Source: Selaginella moellendorffii (lineage: Eukaryota > Plantae > Lycopodiophyta). From it: 64,000 nt of DNA. Location of the stretch: the NCBI RefSeq assembly GCF_000143415.4, contig NW_003314298.1:434001-498000 (forward strand). The letters run 5' to 3'. Each line of letters opens with the position of its first letter. The first letter of the stretch is position 1. Below are positions 1 through 11,940 of the stretch, in pieces. The translations under genes were made by a program, and so were the position numbers. The notes beneath the pieces are model-generated. The model saw nothing but the letters and a program-made list of their open reading frames with translations, did not search any database and was not told the origin of the DNA.

Positions 1-215
1 AGATTCAGTCTTGAACTTGATTTGAGAATTGGTGTTAAACTTGATCTCAAACTCAATCTCTAATTTAGTCTCCAACTTTGTCTTGACATTTTCATGTGTT
101 ACTATGTGTTTATTTTTTTTTTTCCCTTTCAAAAGACTCCCTTATTGATTGTTTTGTATTCATTCCTTAAGCATATTTTTGAGAGTTCCACTCCCACTCT
201 TGATTTTCTGAGTCA
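1..215 (-). mobile_element. Degenerate LTR fragment, family A (hexamer-array LTR)
   Basis: Decayed AGTCTC/AACTCA hexamer array at 1-85; GAGAGTTCCACTCCCACTCTTGATTTTC (about 181-208) matches about 5340-5368 of the solo LTR at 3816-5480. Confidence 0.6.
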
Positions 216-1530
216 AAGGGAAGGGATGGAGTTAAACTACTAAGCATACAACCAAGAAGTAAAGGAATTGAAACATAGAAGAACTCCCAAGTGTAGAGCC
301 TATGGAGTAAAGGGATAGGGGATGGTCTAAAGTTGAGTTGAGCTCACGAATTGAATTTAATTCAACACAAGTCAACATAGTCAACTAAAAATCTTAAAAA
401 AGAAATCTAAATTGAACAAATGAAAGTTCTAGCAAACTGTAAAATATTTAAATATGTAAATATCTGAGTTAAAAGTTTCTATAAGATTGAATTGTTTTAA
501 AAATACAAAGTTCATGAGAACGTATCTTTTATAAAGCTATATTATTTTATTATGACTACTATTACAGCTGTCATATTTTGATTTGACTACTTAATATTTT
601 GAATACTTTTACAACTATAGATACTATTCCTTCATTCAAAAGATTTTGAGGGTTTTTGATAAGATGGGAAGCAAGGAAAATATAAGATCTGTGAGTAAGA
701 GTTGTAATACAAAAGAATGTGAGAATGCTAGTTTTGTTTCACTACCACAATTTTTATATTACACTCTTGGTCCTTATTACCCATCTGAGAATGTGGAGAC
801 CACTATCACGATTGATAAAAATACTCCTGTTACTTCTGAAACAATAGTTTAGAGCAAAAGAAATGAAGAAATGAACAGCATGGCAGAAAGCATCAAGAAA
901 TCTACTCCATAAAACTTTCCATGACATTTGTAATTTACATATTAATTCATATTAAAAATTATGTTGCCTACCTATATCGCAATCCTCTCATATAATAAGA
1001 CCAAGGTATATTTTTGTAGTGAATCCTCATTAAAAGTTTTCAGGAGTTGTTTGTGAATAATAATAAAAGAAATCGAAATCTTTCGAAAGACTCAAAAGTA
1101 ATATCACATTAAAGAATCAACTTTATCTACATTTCCAAGACTGAAAAACAATCTCACACAAGAGAATGGTAGCATACCAACATGCTTTGCCATTATGATG
1201 TGGTTTATATTTCCTTACAGTCTATTTCCCTAGACATTTGGCATGTTTAGAAAATAATATATATGTAGCAAAGTAGGATTTCATCATAATGATAGAGCAT
1301 GTGTATACATGATAATCTAAAATTCTAGAAGCTCTTATGTTTACAAGAAAGCTATGATTATTTTCATAAGCCATTTCCAAAACTGACATTTAAAGAATCT
1401 GAGTATTGTCAATGTCATAATAAATAAACCTTATTCCCAAGACTAAAACTTAGTATATAAACTATCTAGAAAAGTTACAGTCATTGTAGGTTTTTTATTC
1501 TCCTTGAGCTCCTTAGAAGTTTGTATTGAA

Positions 1531-2076
1531 ATGGCTCAAAGGAGAGTCATTGCTACTTGTATTTGGCCCCCTAGCATTTCATATCAATCTCCACCTCCAT
1601 CCCCAAGTTCTACCAACATTCCACCTTCAACTCCACATAACAATCCTTTTTCTACTGAGAGCTCTAGTGAAGCTGAATTAGAGCTCCCTATATATGAAAT
1701 TCCGAATCTTGCTACTAGAGAGGGATTGCCTTCAGTGCTTCAAAAGCAATGCCACATGTTTTTGCAAGATCTTGCTCCTGACATGGCAGGACTATTTGAA
1801 AGCATAGAACACTATTATATTCGGTGTTTAATATGCTACTTTTTCTTGGACAAGACAAATAGCTCTATGGGTTTACAAACTTTTCTTGAGCACTATAACA
1901 ATTGCTCAACGCTAGGTTTGGAAAATGTGCACATGTGGATGTATAATAGATTCAAGAATGAGTTACGAACACATACCCACTATCACTTCATGGTGAGGAA
2001 CAACATCCCCTTGGGAAACACTGTATCAGCTAGAGCAAAATATGGGGTTTTTAGGCCACCCTACAGTGGAATGTAA
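1531..2076 (+). CDS. Hypothetical 181-aa ORF with Pro/Ser-rich N-terminus, convergent with the ParB-MTase gene
   Basis: Uninterrupted ORF from ATG 1531 in AT-rich DNA where ORFs this long are rare; no recognisable motif. Confidence 0.35.
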   Translation: MAQRRVIATCIWPPSISYQSPPPSPSSTNIPPSTPHNNPFSTESSSEAELELPIYEIPNLATREGLPSVLQKQCHMFLQDLAPDMAGLFESIEHYYIRCLICYFFLDKTNSSMGLQTFLEHYNNCSTLGLENVHMWMYNRFKNELRTHTHYHFMVRNNIPLGNTVSARAKYGVFRPPYSGM

Positions 2077-3815
2077 GATCTAGAATTACTTTACTATACT
2101 ATAGTATTGTCATTATTAAAATAAAAATATAATAAAATGATATTAGTTGTAGGTAACATATTTTGTTCTAGAAGGTGCTATTATATCACATACAATTGTT
2201 TACAAAATGTTGAAGGAGGAGATGTTAACATATAAGCACTACAAAGTGATGGTGACAGGTGAGAATGATAATTTGCAATTATGATATCTGATACTGACAT
2301 TAACATCTGACAATTTTACTATCTGACACTTTCACAGACATTTGACATATAACAAGCTTTTTATTTTATATAAGGATGCAATTAACTTTCTTCTGCCTCA
2401 TCATCAATATATTGATTTCTTTTATGCTTCCTCCGATATTGGTATTATGGGGAAAATTCACGTTGCATATGTTGAGCCATGGCTTCTGCATAGTTAGAGA
2501 GACTTCCAAAGCCTCCAATTCTAGAAACTCCAGGTGACTATGATCTATAAAATAGAATTAAACATTTATTGAAATTTTAACAAACATAATTCACCTCTTT
2601 GAGGTTAGAGGCAACTCACGAAATCCTTTGAATCGGCATTTGAAGAAATGATGTTCTTCAATAGCAAACACTGACCTACCAGAGTCATGTGTTGCCTCCA
2701 CCATAGAACCACTACTTGCTGTGCAATCAATCACAACACCATCTGGTGGGCAATAGAGCTCAAGCAAGACTTGCACCGCCAATAGAGTTCGAAATTAGTA
2801 TCCTGGAAACATGTTGTAGATCTGCTCATTGACAAAGTTGGGTACGATGTTAGTGGAACATTCATACCCAGGCAAAACACGTGCTGCACATTTGCTATCA
2901 CGAAACCCATCATGTGTGTTTTTGCAAAAGGCATGATAGGTCCACATCATAACTTGGAAAATAAAAATGTTTAGAAATTAGATAAAAATATAAAATACAT
3001 ACTCACCTTTTCAGTCTTCCCTTGGACGCCCCTCGTATCGATGCCAATAGGATCCATGATGCACCCGGAAGAGAATGACTTGAAATGAACTTCTGCTGTG
3101 CACGTCATAAGCTCATATATCCAGTTGGGGTCATTCGGTAGGATGAAGATGATATGGCCAACTTCAAGCATAAGTGCTTTGGACAAGAGGAATGCATCGC
3201 ATATGTGGTTAGGTGTGAGAAAGTTCCAATCCTCAATTTTCCCATCAATATTTGAGAGACCATCTGGAAAGTCAAAGAGAATGAAGTCCGCAACTGAGAG
3301 TAAGGGCCTTTGTATCTTTCGGCACTAACAGTTGAACTGGCGCTGTATATCCATGTTGATGTCATCTTCTGTGAAAAATGTCAACAATCTATTGTAAGAG
3401 CCAATGAAGATACCCACAATACCTTGTTGTGTTATTAGGGACACAACACGGACTTATAAAAGAGCTAAGTGAACGAAAAAAGCAATAAATAATATGCTAC
3501 TGTCATATGGCGTATTGTCGATGAGAGTTCCTCCAACTCCTTTTCATGAGCATCTCGTCGAGCTAGAATGAAATCACTACCAATAGTCATTGCTACAAAA
3601 AACATGTATTACCACCTTTAGTTTGTAAAATTCACTTCTGCTTACCTCGAGATTGACATGATATTGATATTCTATGAACCACTTGATCATCATTATTTAT
3701 TGAGAGAACCTGATCCAGATCTTAGTTGTTTGATGGTTGAATTGGAGCTTGATCCTGGTTTTCTGGTGGTGGAACATGAACTTGATCTGGAGCTTCCTCA
3801 TTCTCGTATCCATCG

Positions 3816-5480
3816 TGTAAGCGACTAAATTTTCCATTCTACTTTAGTCACTTAACCACACCTCCGACCACTTGGAGGAGTCTCATTCACAACCTCCATC
3901 AGTCCAATTCAGGACTTGGGACTTGCTAGCCCCAAGAATGGCATCCATGCCACTCCACACTTGCACCTGGTCCAAGTGCTCCACGTGTCCGGTCCTGAGA
4001 CCGACACCCAAAGGTACCACTGACATTTCGGCCCGTTACGCTAAGGCCATGCCCATTCACCTTTGCTGCACTAGCGGTTCAACACCACTTGCATCACCAC
4101 CTCGTCTCTCCAAGACTGGGCCATGTGTCCACGAGTGGTCATCCTAGATCCACTCCTTAGCATCCTTAGGATGCCCACAGACCTGGGGAATCGCCTTCCC
4201 CAAAGTCCCTTTGTCAGTTCCTACCAAGTCCCTTTCTGCCCCTGGCCGTGTTTGCCAACACTGCCACTGGATCGAGGCCCACAGGCCCGACCACTAAGTC
4301 CCACGGTCCTCTGGGACTTCCTCACCACATGACTGTGTCCTTGGTCATTACCCCAGAGGACTGCTCCTCTTCCTTTCCACAGTCTGGGCCTTTGGGACAA
4401 CATTTTGGAACACCGTGGCCATACGCGAGCCACCTGGGTACTCTCCCCACCTATCGCCTTTAGGTGCTCTAGCCATGGGCTTAGAGCGAGGTTCCGTTGA
4501 GCCACGCCTGGTATCCAAGTAGGTAGTGCCACCCACACTTGGACTGGGAGCATCGGCCAGTCGATCTCCCGGGGGAACTAGAGCCGGCTCTTGAACACTT
4601 CACCAAGCTACCCCGCTTGTCGGTCCGTGTTCACTCTAGTCTTGGACTTCCCAGTGGGCAGCTCATCACCCAACACTGGGTCCGGCCTTCCTGGGCCAAA
4701 CTGGCCTTTCCTGGCCAAACTGGCTCCACTGCAGTCCTCCCCCTACTATACTTTTGGAGCTCACCAAACCCCCCAGGGTCTGGGAGACGAACGCTTTGGG
4801 CTTTCACCCTCTCAGGCTCCGGACTCGGACTCGGACTCGGACTCGGACTCGGACTCGGACTCGGATTCGGACTCGGACTCGGGCTCGGGCTCGGTCTTGG
4901 CCTCGGCCTCGGTCTCGGTCTCGGTCCCGATCTCGGTCTCGGTCTCGGTCTCGGTCCCGGTCTCGGTTCCGGTCTCGGTCTCGACTTCGGACTCCATCTC
5001 GGACTCCACCTCGGACTCCATCTCGGACTCCATCTCAGGTCCATCTCGGACTCCATCTCGGACTCCATCTCGGACTCCATCTCGGGTCCATCTCGGACTC
5101 CATCTCGGACTCCATTTCGGGTCCATCTCGGGTCCACCTCGGACTCCATCTCGGACTCCATCTCGGACTCCATCTCGGGTCCATCTCGGACTCCACTTTA
5201 GACTCCAACTCGGGTCCATCTCGGGTCCACCTCGGACTCCATCTCGGACTCCCCCACGTGTCATGTGTTGGTCCTTTTGGGTCCCTTTTTGGAGCCTTGC
5301 CTTTTGCTCGCTTCGTGCTCGTTCCTCGAGCACTTCGTTGGGAGTTCCACTCCCGCTCTTGACTTTTCAAGTCGGAGCTTTTGGTCCAAACGTGTTACGC
5401 TCGTTTGGCTCTCGCTTCGGCCACTACCATGTGGCGCCCTTCCGGCTCCACTTTGGGGCCTAGGGATTTTGTGTCTCACA
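3816..5480 (-). mobile_element. Solo LTR (1665 bp), family A, with 5-bp TSD CATCG
   Basis: TGT...ACA termini; CATCG at 3811-3815 and 5481-5485; orientation inferred from the PBS next to the related LTR at 27974. Confidence 0.9.
4815..5250. repeat. Hierarchical tandem array: (TCGGAC)n, then (TCGGTC)n, then 12-mer (TCGGACTCCATC)n
   Basis: Directly visible; stop-free over long stretches, giving spurious overlapping ORFs. Confidence 0.95.
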
Positions 5481-6982
5481 CATCGTCACTTGCATTGCCA
5501 TCGATGCTAGCATTGACAACTTCCTTGTGGTCTAGTGTAGACGTTTTCTTCCCTAGGAGCTCCAACTCCCAAAGGCATTCTATCTTCCGTACCTTCGGAA
5601 CTCTCGCAAACATTGTTGAGTACATTCCTCCATCCCTTACACCCTTTGCAACAAGTCGAGTGCAAATTGGTGCCTCAAATGGCATGCCTCTATATCGAAA
5701 ATACTTGTAAATAATATATATTTAAAAAAAGTCTTAGAAATCATATTATACTTGTAAGCTGCACGTCGCATGAAATAAGGTTGACCATGTTGGCAATCAT
5801 AAATTGTTGTGCTTGTAGACTTCTCTAGCAGCCACCCCTTTTCGATCCCTTCCAATGATGTGTTAATGTAGGTGTCAAAAGACATGAATGTGCTATCTAG
5901 ATCGTCACCAATGTGTGGTGCTAAGAACTTCTCGCCTTCACATATAGTTTGCGTGATGTAGACAGTTCTTCTCATTATGTTCTCAAATAGTTCTGGCAGT
6001 CCTTTCTCTCTGTTCATCAAGCAGACATTGAGGAACTCCAGAGTCTCTATCTGTTGCTTATATGGAAGTTTTGATTTTGTGATATTGTAAATCATGTCAT
6101 CTAGAGTTTTTTTCATTGTAAAAGTAACAGATGCGTAATTGAGAAAAATGAAGTGTGATAAAAAACTTACTTTCATGAGAAGAAATTTTAGCTATAGTCT
6201 CTAGCCACTCCTTCGGCTTACGATTGTCTGTAATGCATATTAGTTTCTTCAACTTTGAAGACTTTGCATGTTGAATTTTGTGCTCAATTTGTACTAACTC
6301 AGCCGAGAGCTCTTCCCGACTCTTCTTCAGATGTGCAAGTTCGTTAGCATCTTGCCTGACCTTCACCAAAGGCTAAAAACCAAAAAAATTAAAAAAGGCC
6401 CTTATAAAATGAAAGGGAAAGACATACCTTGCACCACATAACGAGCATAAAACTAATTGGGTTGTTGAACTAAGTTTTACTGTCATTTCGAGTGTGTGAG
6501 TGCCGAACAAGTGTTGCGAGATCATCACCATAATATTGGTAGATGTCATTCTTACTCAAGTCTACCAAAAATCAAAGTTGCTCGATGTCATGGACAAGGT
6601 TTTGCTTTTGAACAGCAAACTACCCAAGCCTGCATTTAAACACAACAAAATAAATTAAAATGGAGTTAGAGGTAAAATTATAAAACTTACACATTGATCT
6701 TTTGGCAGACCAAAATAAGTCTATTGACATCCAAAGGTCCTCTCGCATAGACATGGCCAATTGGAATGTTGATATGGTAAACAGGATCATCGTGAAAATG
6801 ATTGTCGATACACTTCATCCAAGCCCCATATTGGTGGTTACTATCAATAATTTGGAACATTATCCCCGCAAGCTGTCGAGTCTCAAAATGTCTGATAAGC
6901 ATGTTATCAAATTCCAAGGACTTCTATTTACTTATGCAAAGTTAAATTAAGGTATCAATTTGTGAAGTTGAGCAATGGTATA

Positions 6983-8482
6983 TGTTGGGACCTGAAGGCG
7001 CGCCAAAGGTAAGCCAATTAGCATGGGTTAGCTAGGTCGACCAAGTGTAGGAAACTACGTGTGACTCTCCGTGAGGATGTCAAATCCGTAGACATATCCT
7101 ACAGAGGTTGGGTTCGAGTCCCAACTCCAGTAAAGTAAGGCTAGGTTTAAGTCCCAACCCTATACTAGGGCATAGTGAGAGGAGGGGTATAGGGACACCT
7201 ATATTCCGTTGTCATGGGCTCTTGGTTGGGGAGGCTAACTTATGCACACCACTAAGTGGGGGGATGCCCCTGGAGACATAGTCAACAAATTGTAGGATTA
7301 AAAAGAGGCATTTGATGTGGGTATCGAACTTCTTTTATGGGTGATGGAGTTGTAAAGAACCAACTCTCCGAGGTGTCAAAGGCTAAAGGATCCCCGAAAG
7401 CACAACCAAAATGATAAAGAGTTCATTAGATGAGACCAAGTTCAAGACCAACTTTAAGACTGAGTTCGAGGACGAGTCCGAGATCGAGTTCGAGACCAAC
7501 TCTGAGACCGAGTTTGCGACTGAGTTCGAGATCCGATATCAGGTCTGAGACCGACTCCAAGACCGAGTTCGAGACTGAATCTGAGACTAAGTCTGAGATC
7601 CAATATCAGGTCCGAGACCAAGTCTGAGATCGAGTCTGAGACAAAGTCCGAGGTCGGGTCCGAAGTCGAGTCCGAGATCGAGTCCGAGACCGAGTCCGAA
7701 TACTAATACAGATCATGGGGTGAAAGCCCAAAGCGTGTGTCTCCCAGGGGGGTGGGGGCTACAAAGGGTTCCAAAAGTATAGTAGAGATAGTGAGGTCCA
7801 AGAACCAGTCTTGAAGGAACTCTCCAATGGTGCTTCTAAACTGACTTTAGGTTGAGATTGGGGCCAAAGGGCCTTAGGTGGGAGTGAGCATGGACTCAGG
7901 TGGTGCTGGAGGGGCCACCCAAGGAAGTGCTCAAGAGCAGCTCCCACTCCCAGAAGGGAAACCAATTGTAATGCTCCCGGCTCATATGGACTGGTGCCCC
8001 ACTTGAGTACCTTACGGCTCATTAGTCCTCACTCTTCCTAGGGGCTTGGGCCTTCCCTTTGGGATGGAAATGGGGGGGTAGAGGTACCCATACCGGGCTG
8101 TTAGGCCATAGTATTTCCCCCCAGCATCCCGAAGTAAGTGATGCACCTAAGGCTTGGGATTTAGAGAGTCCCATAATCAAGTCTTGTGTACTAAGGGATA
8201 TTAGGAATCTAGAGGCTTGGTGTGTTTGGCGGCTTGTGCCTGTGGGGAGTGTAGCTGAACATTAAATCTAGTTTAACCTGGGGAGGGGGATTGGGAGAGA
8301 TTTGGAAATCTGTGGATACATGGCTAACGCTCCGTTCTTCGTGTAGTGAGCAGTTGAAACCAAGTAGGATTAAGTAGGAGCTAGTACAATAGCGGGAACC
8401 TTAGCAAGCTAAGGCCAAAGTAGTGTTGGTCAAATAGACAAGGTAAACTGGCAAATTGGAAAAGAAAAATTTATGGCTTACA
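6983..8482 (+). mobile_element. LTR of a family A relative; left border uncertain, no matching TSD
   Basis: Ends ...TTATGGCTTACA, the reverse complement of the family terminus TGTAAG; GAGACC/GAGTCC hexamer array at 7430-7700; strong similarity to 24787-25945 and 27974-29005 in opposite orientation. Confidence 0.75.
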
Positions 8483-11400
8483 GCAATCAAGAGTCCTTAC
8501 TTTGATACATATTGGTTATAATGGTCTTACAAATGGTGAGTCGTGGGATGGATAGCGGTGAAGCGCTAAACCATTTTGTTTAAGCTTGCCATTGGAAGGC
8601 TTGGCTTACAATGCTCAATTCTTTTTCAGGGAACCTTGTTATTGCTCCTTGAGTAACTTGGTGTTGGATTAGTTTTGAGTTTGGTTGGAAAAAGTGTGGC
8701 ATGAGCTTGTCTGTGTTGTGAACAAAAGTTAGTGGTGTTAAATGTTATAAATCTTTTTTAGTGGGGTATGGGATTTATGTTGCATTTTGTTGAATCGAGT
8801 TGACACTTAATACTCATATAAACCTTTGAAATAATAACATGGGCATTATTTGTGGTGTTGCTCAATTGATGATCAAGTTATTGTGATTTTTATATCATAT
8901 CCAAGTGATAGTGAGCAATATGTTTACAAAGTTGCTTAGTTAAACAATAATTAACCCCAAAGTAGTTGATAGTCTACTTGCACTTAGTAGCATTGTAGTA
9001 ACTTTAACTGGATTCTCAATAGTGATCTACGATATGCTAAGCTTAAGTTGGTACTATGTTTTCGTGAGAATTTGCCTATGAGGTGTTGGAAAGGGTTATA
9101 GCATTCACTTGCTATGACTTGTTAATTGATCCATTAACACTTGGAGTAGATTGTTAGATGGAGAAGGTGTGTAGTTGAGGCATTGGCATTACTAACACTT
9201 GTGTTAGTGGAAGTGGCATTGTTATTTCAAGTGATGAGGAAATTTCCTTTTTTCTATGTCATTTTTTTATGTGTCATTTTTCCAGTGTTTTGGCTTCATA
9301 TTGGATCTTGAAAGTGATTAAAGAAGAGTGTTAGTGCAATGTGGATATCAAGAAGTATGATCTTTGTGATCAAGCCTTGGATGTTTATTTTGCATTTTGC
9401 AAATATCAATGTTGAATGTCAGAAAAATGGGCAAAGATGTTCAATGCTTAAATATGTTATTGGGTCATGAGACTTTTTGTTGAGGTGAACCTGTGATGTT
9501 GTTGATAAGAGGAAGTTGGTTGAGTTTTGAAAATTTGCATTCCTAGACTGAGAGTCATTCTTTCTCTAGGATAGAAAATTTTCCACAAATTTTCTTAGAC
9601 TTTTGCAATGGCTAATCTGTCAGTCACTTTGCTGGGAAACCATTCCGTTTTTGTAAGTTAATACAAACTAGTGAAGGGGTTGAAGTTGACTTTTGTTAAC
9701 TTAGATCTTAATAAGTAGTTTGTATAATACAACCTGAAAAGGATGCTAACTTCTAAGGCTAAAGCAATTGAGTTGAATAGTGTTTGAAATTGGTATAGAA
9801 AAGTGGTTGTTGTGCTTTTCTAGAAAGGTGATCTTTGTGCCTTTCTTTTGTAGCATTATGCTTAGTAGCAAGTTGCATCTTGCATTTCATTAAACTCTAT
9901 AAGAGTAGTGAGATCTCACTGATTTTGACTTGGTCTTGGTAGCCTTGCGCCTTGGCTAAGGATAATGATGTCCAACTTAGTTGTTTGAAATTGAAATGTT
10001 AGTACTCATACTATAGCTTTGTCTATAAGGAAGTTGTGTATGGATATGAGTCCATCTCATGGTCTTCACTTTAATTTTGACTGTGTTGATCATGCATAGC
10101 TAGCCTCTTCAATGTATGCTCAGAGTTGTTAGCTAAACGCATTAGTGAACTTATTGCGCTCTAGTTGGATTCAAGTGGTCATTTAGTTTGTGCTTGTTTA
10201 TGAACCTTTATCTTATATATGAGGTATTACGCTCATGTTAGACAAATATGTGAGTCGATGACATGAGTTTAGTGTTTGGGATTTGTGAAGGCAAAGTTGA
10301 AGAGTGATTGTTAGTTGCTTTGCGACTAGTGATTACTTGTAGACTTTGTCAAGGATTGTTTACACTTATTTCGCTCAATGATAATTTAGTAGTGATAGAC
10401 TTGCTTTATCAGATGGTGTTGTGGAGGATTGTATCATTAGACTTACATGGTTTTTCTATGTTGGTATGTTGACTCTACCTCTGTCGATATAATTTGGTTG
10501 TGTTTAAGCTGTGGTATTGGATTTCGTTAAGTTTTGGATGTGGTGATTCACTCCTTAATGGTGTGTTATCTGTAGCTGAGTATTGTTGTTGAACTGGTCT
10601 CAAATACTAAGTATAGTATTTTCGACTTTGGTTAACTTAGTTGCTAGAGAAATTTGGGTGGTGATTCACTTTTGTTTTCTTTTAGCTTTGTTATGGTGTT
10701 GATGGCATTGAAGTGATGCCCTGTCATTGACATTGTTGATGTTAAGATGCAAGTGAAATGAGATATTTCTTTATAGTATTGATATTGAGTTTCATTAATC
10801 TCAATGTAGATAGTGTCAATGATTTGGCTGTAGCTTTCTATTATTACCATTCATGTATTTGCTAGTTAGCAACTGTATTGATGTTCAAATGAACCGAGTC
10901 GCAAATTTGAGTTAGTTGTGTTTTAGACGAGTTTATTTAGTAGAGGTTGAGATTTGGCTTTTCCTTGAAAAGTGATTCAATCATGAACTACACTAGCTTT
11001 ACGAGTGAAAGAGTTAGTGATTGATATTGAAATGATTGAATCCTTGTTGAATTTAAGTTAGGATATATCAATCATTAATGATTTTTTTTATGCTTGTTAT
11101 GAAATGAGTTACGTTTTGCTATAGATGAATTCATAGAGGATGATTTAGTGATCACTTGTTGAGCATAGCTCCATTGTGCTTAGTTTTTGGATTGATGCAA
11201 ATATGCTTTTCATTAGCTTTGATATTATGAAGTTTGACTTATGGATTTGTTGAGAAAGATATTGTGGGTTGTCCCATAATTTCTTCTTTACCATTGAAGT
11301 TAGTTCATACAAGACTTATGATCATTGTTAAGCAAAACTTAGCTATAATCTTCTTTGAACTTTTGGTTCTTGAGTTTTATACTCATTAGTCCATTTGTTT

Positions 11401-11940
11401 AAAGTTGTTAGGGAAGGCATTTTGTCTTATTAGCTTCGATATTGAAGTTAGTATTTGCATCTGGCCATTATTGGTGATGATTGACTATCATCTAAGACAA
11501 TTGATTATTCTTGTCAAAACGTTTTGCTTGATTATTGTTGATATAGAATGATTTGCCATTCTTCAAGATGGTGGATTCTTTCTTCAACAATAATTATGCA
11601 TATCTTCATTGATAGAATGATTGATAATTTTTTGTGATAGTTAGTTGTTCTCCTTGATGGCTTATGGCTTTTCGCATTACACATATTCCTTATGGTTTGC
11701 TTTGGATTAATCTTTTGGGTTTGAAATATCAATAGGATGTTGCTAACACTTGCTTACACAACTTGAGCTCCTTTGTATTGTTGACCGGGATCTATTTAGA
11801 TTGGGTAATGCGATAGTTAGCATGAGCACATGTTTGTTGGTCTTTCAACATTCATTCTTATTGACTATTATTACAATTGCTTTTGATAGGTTGATTTCTG
11901 ATATGTTGCTTTTGATAGATTGTTATTTCCTTTGGGCAAT

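Larger units (their letters stand above)
2390..6950 (-). pseudogene. Multi-exon pseudogene: ParB/Srx-like N-terminal domain, coiled coil, and beta-class N6A/N4C DNA methyltransferase-like C-terminal domain; split by a solo LTR
   Basis: Minus-strand exons with GT-AG borders encode FQIIDSNHQYGAW (about 6820-6857), a coiled coil (about 6170-6369), VADFILFDFPDG...W...LMLEVGHIIF (about 3140-3295) and FPGY*FR...LLELYCPPDGVVIDCTASSGSMVEA...GRSVFAIE (about 2655-2810). The frame is continuous across the solo LTR; several in-frame stops. Confidence 0.6.

Noticed and set aside
4539-5463. Overlapping 110-290 aa ORFs (GL, SD, RT and RP dipeptide repeats)
   Set aside because: By-products of a stop-free hexamer array inside a solo LTR.
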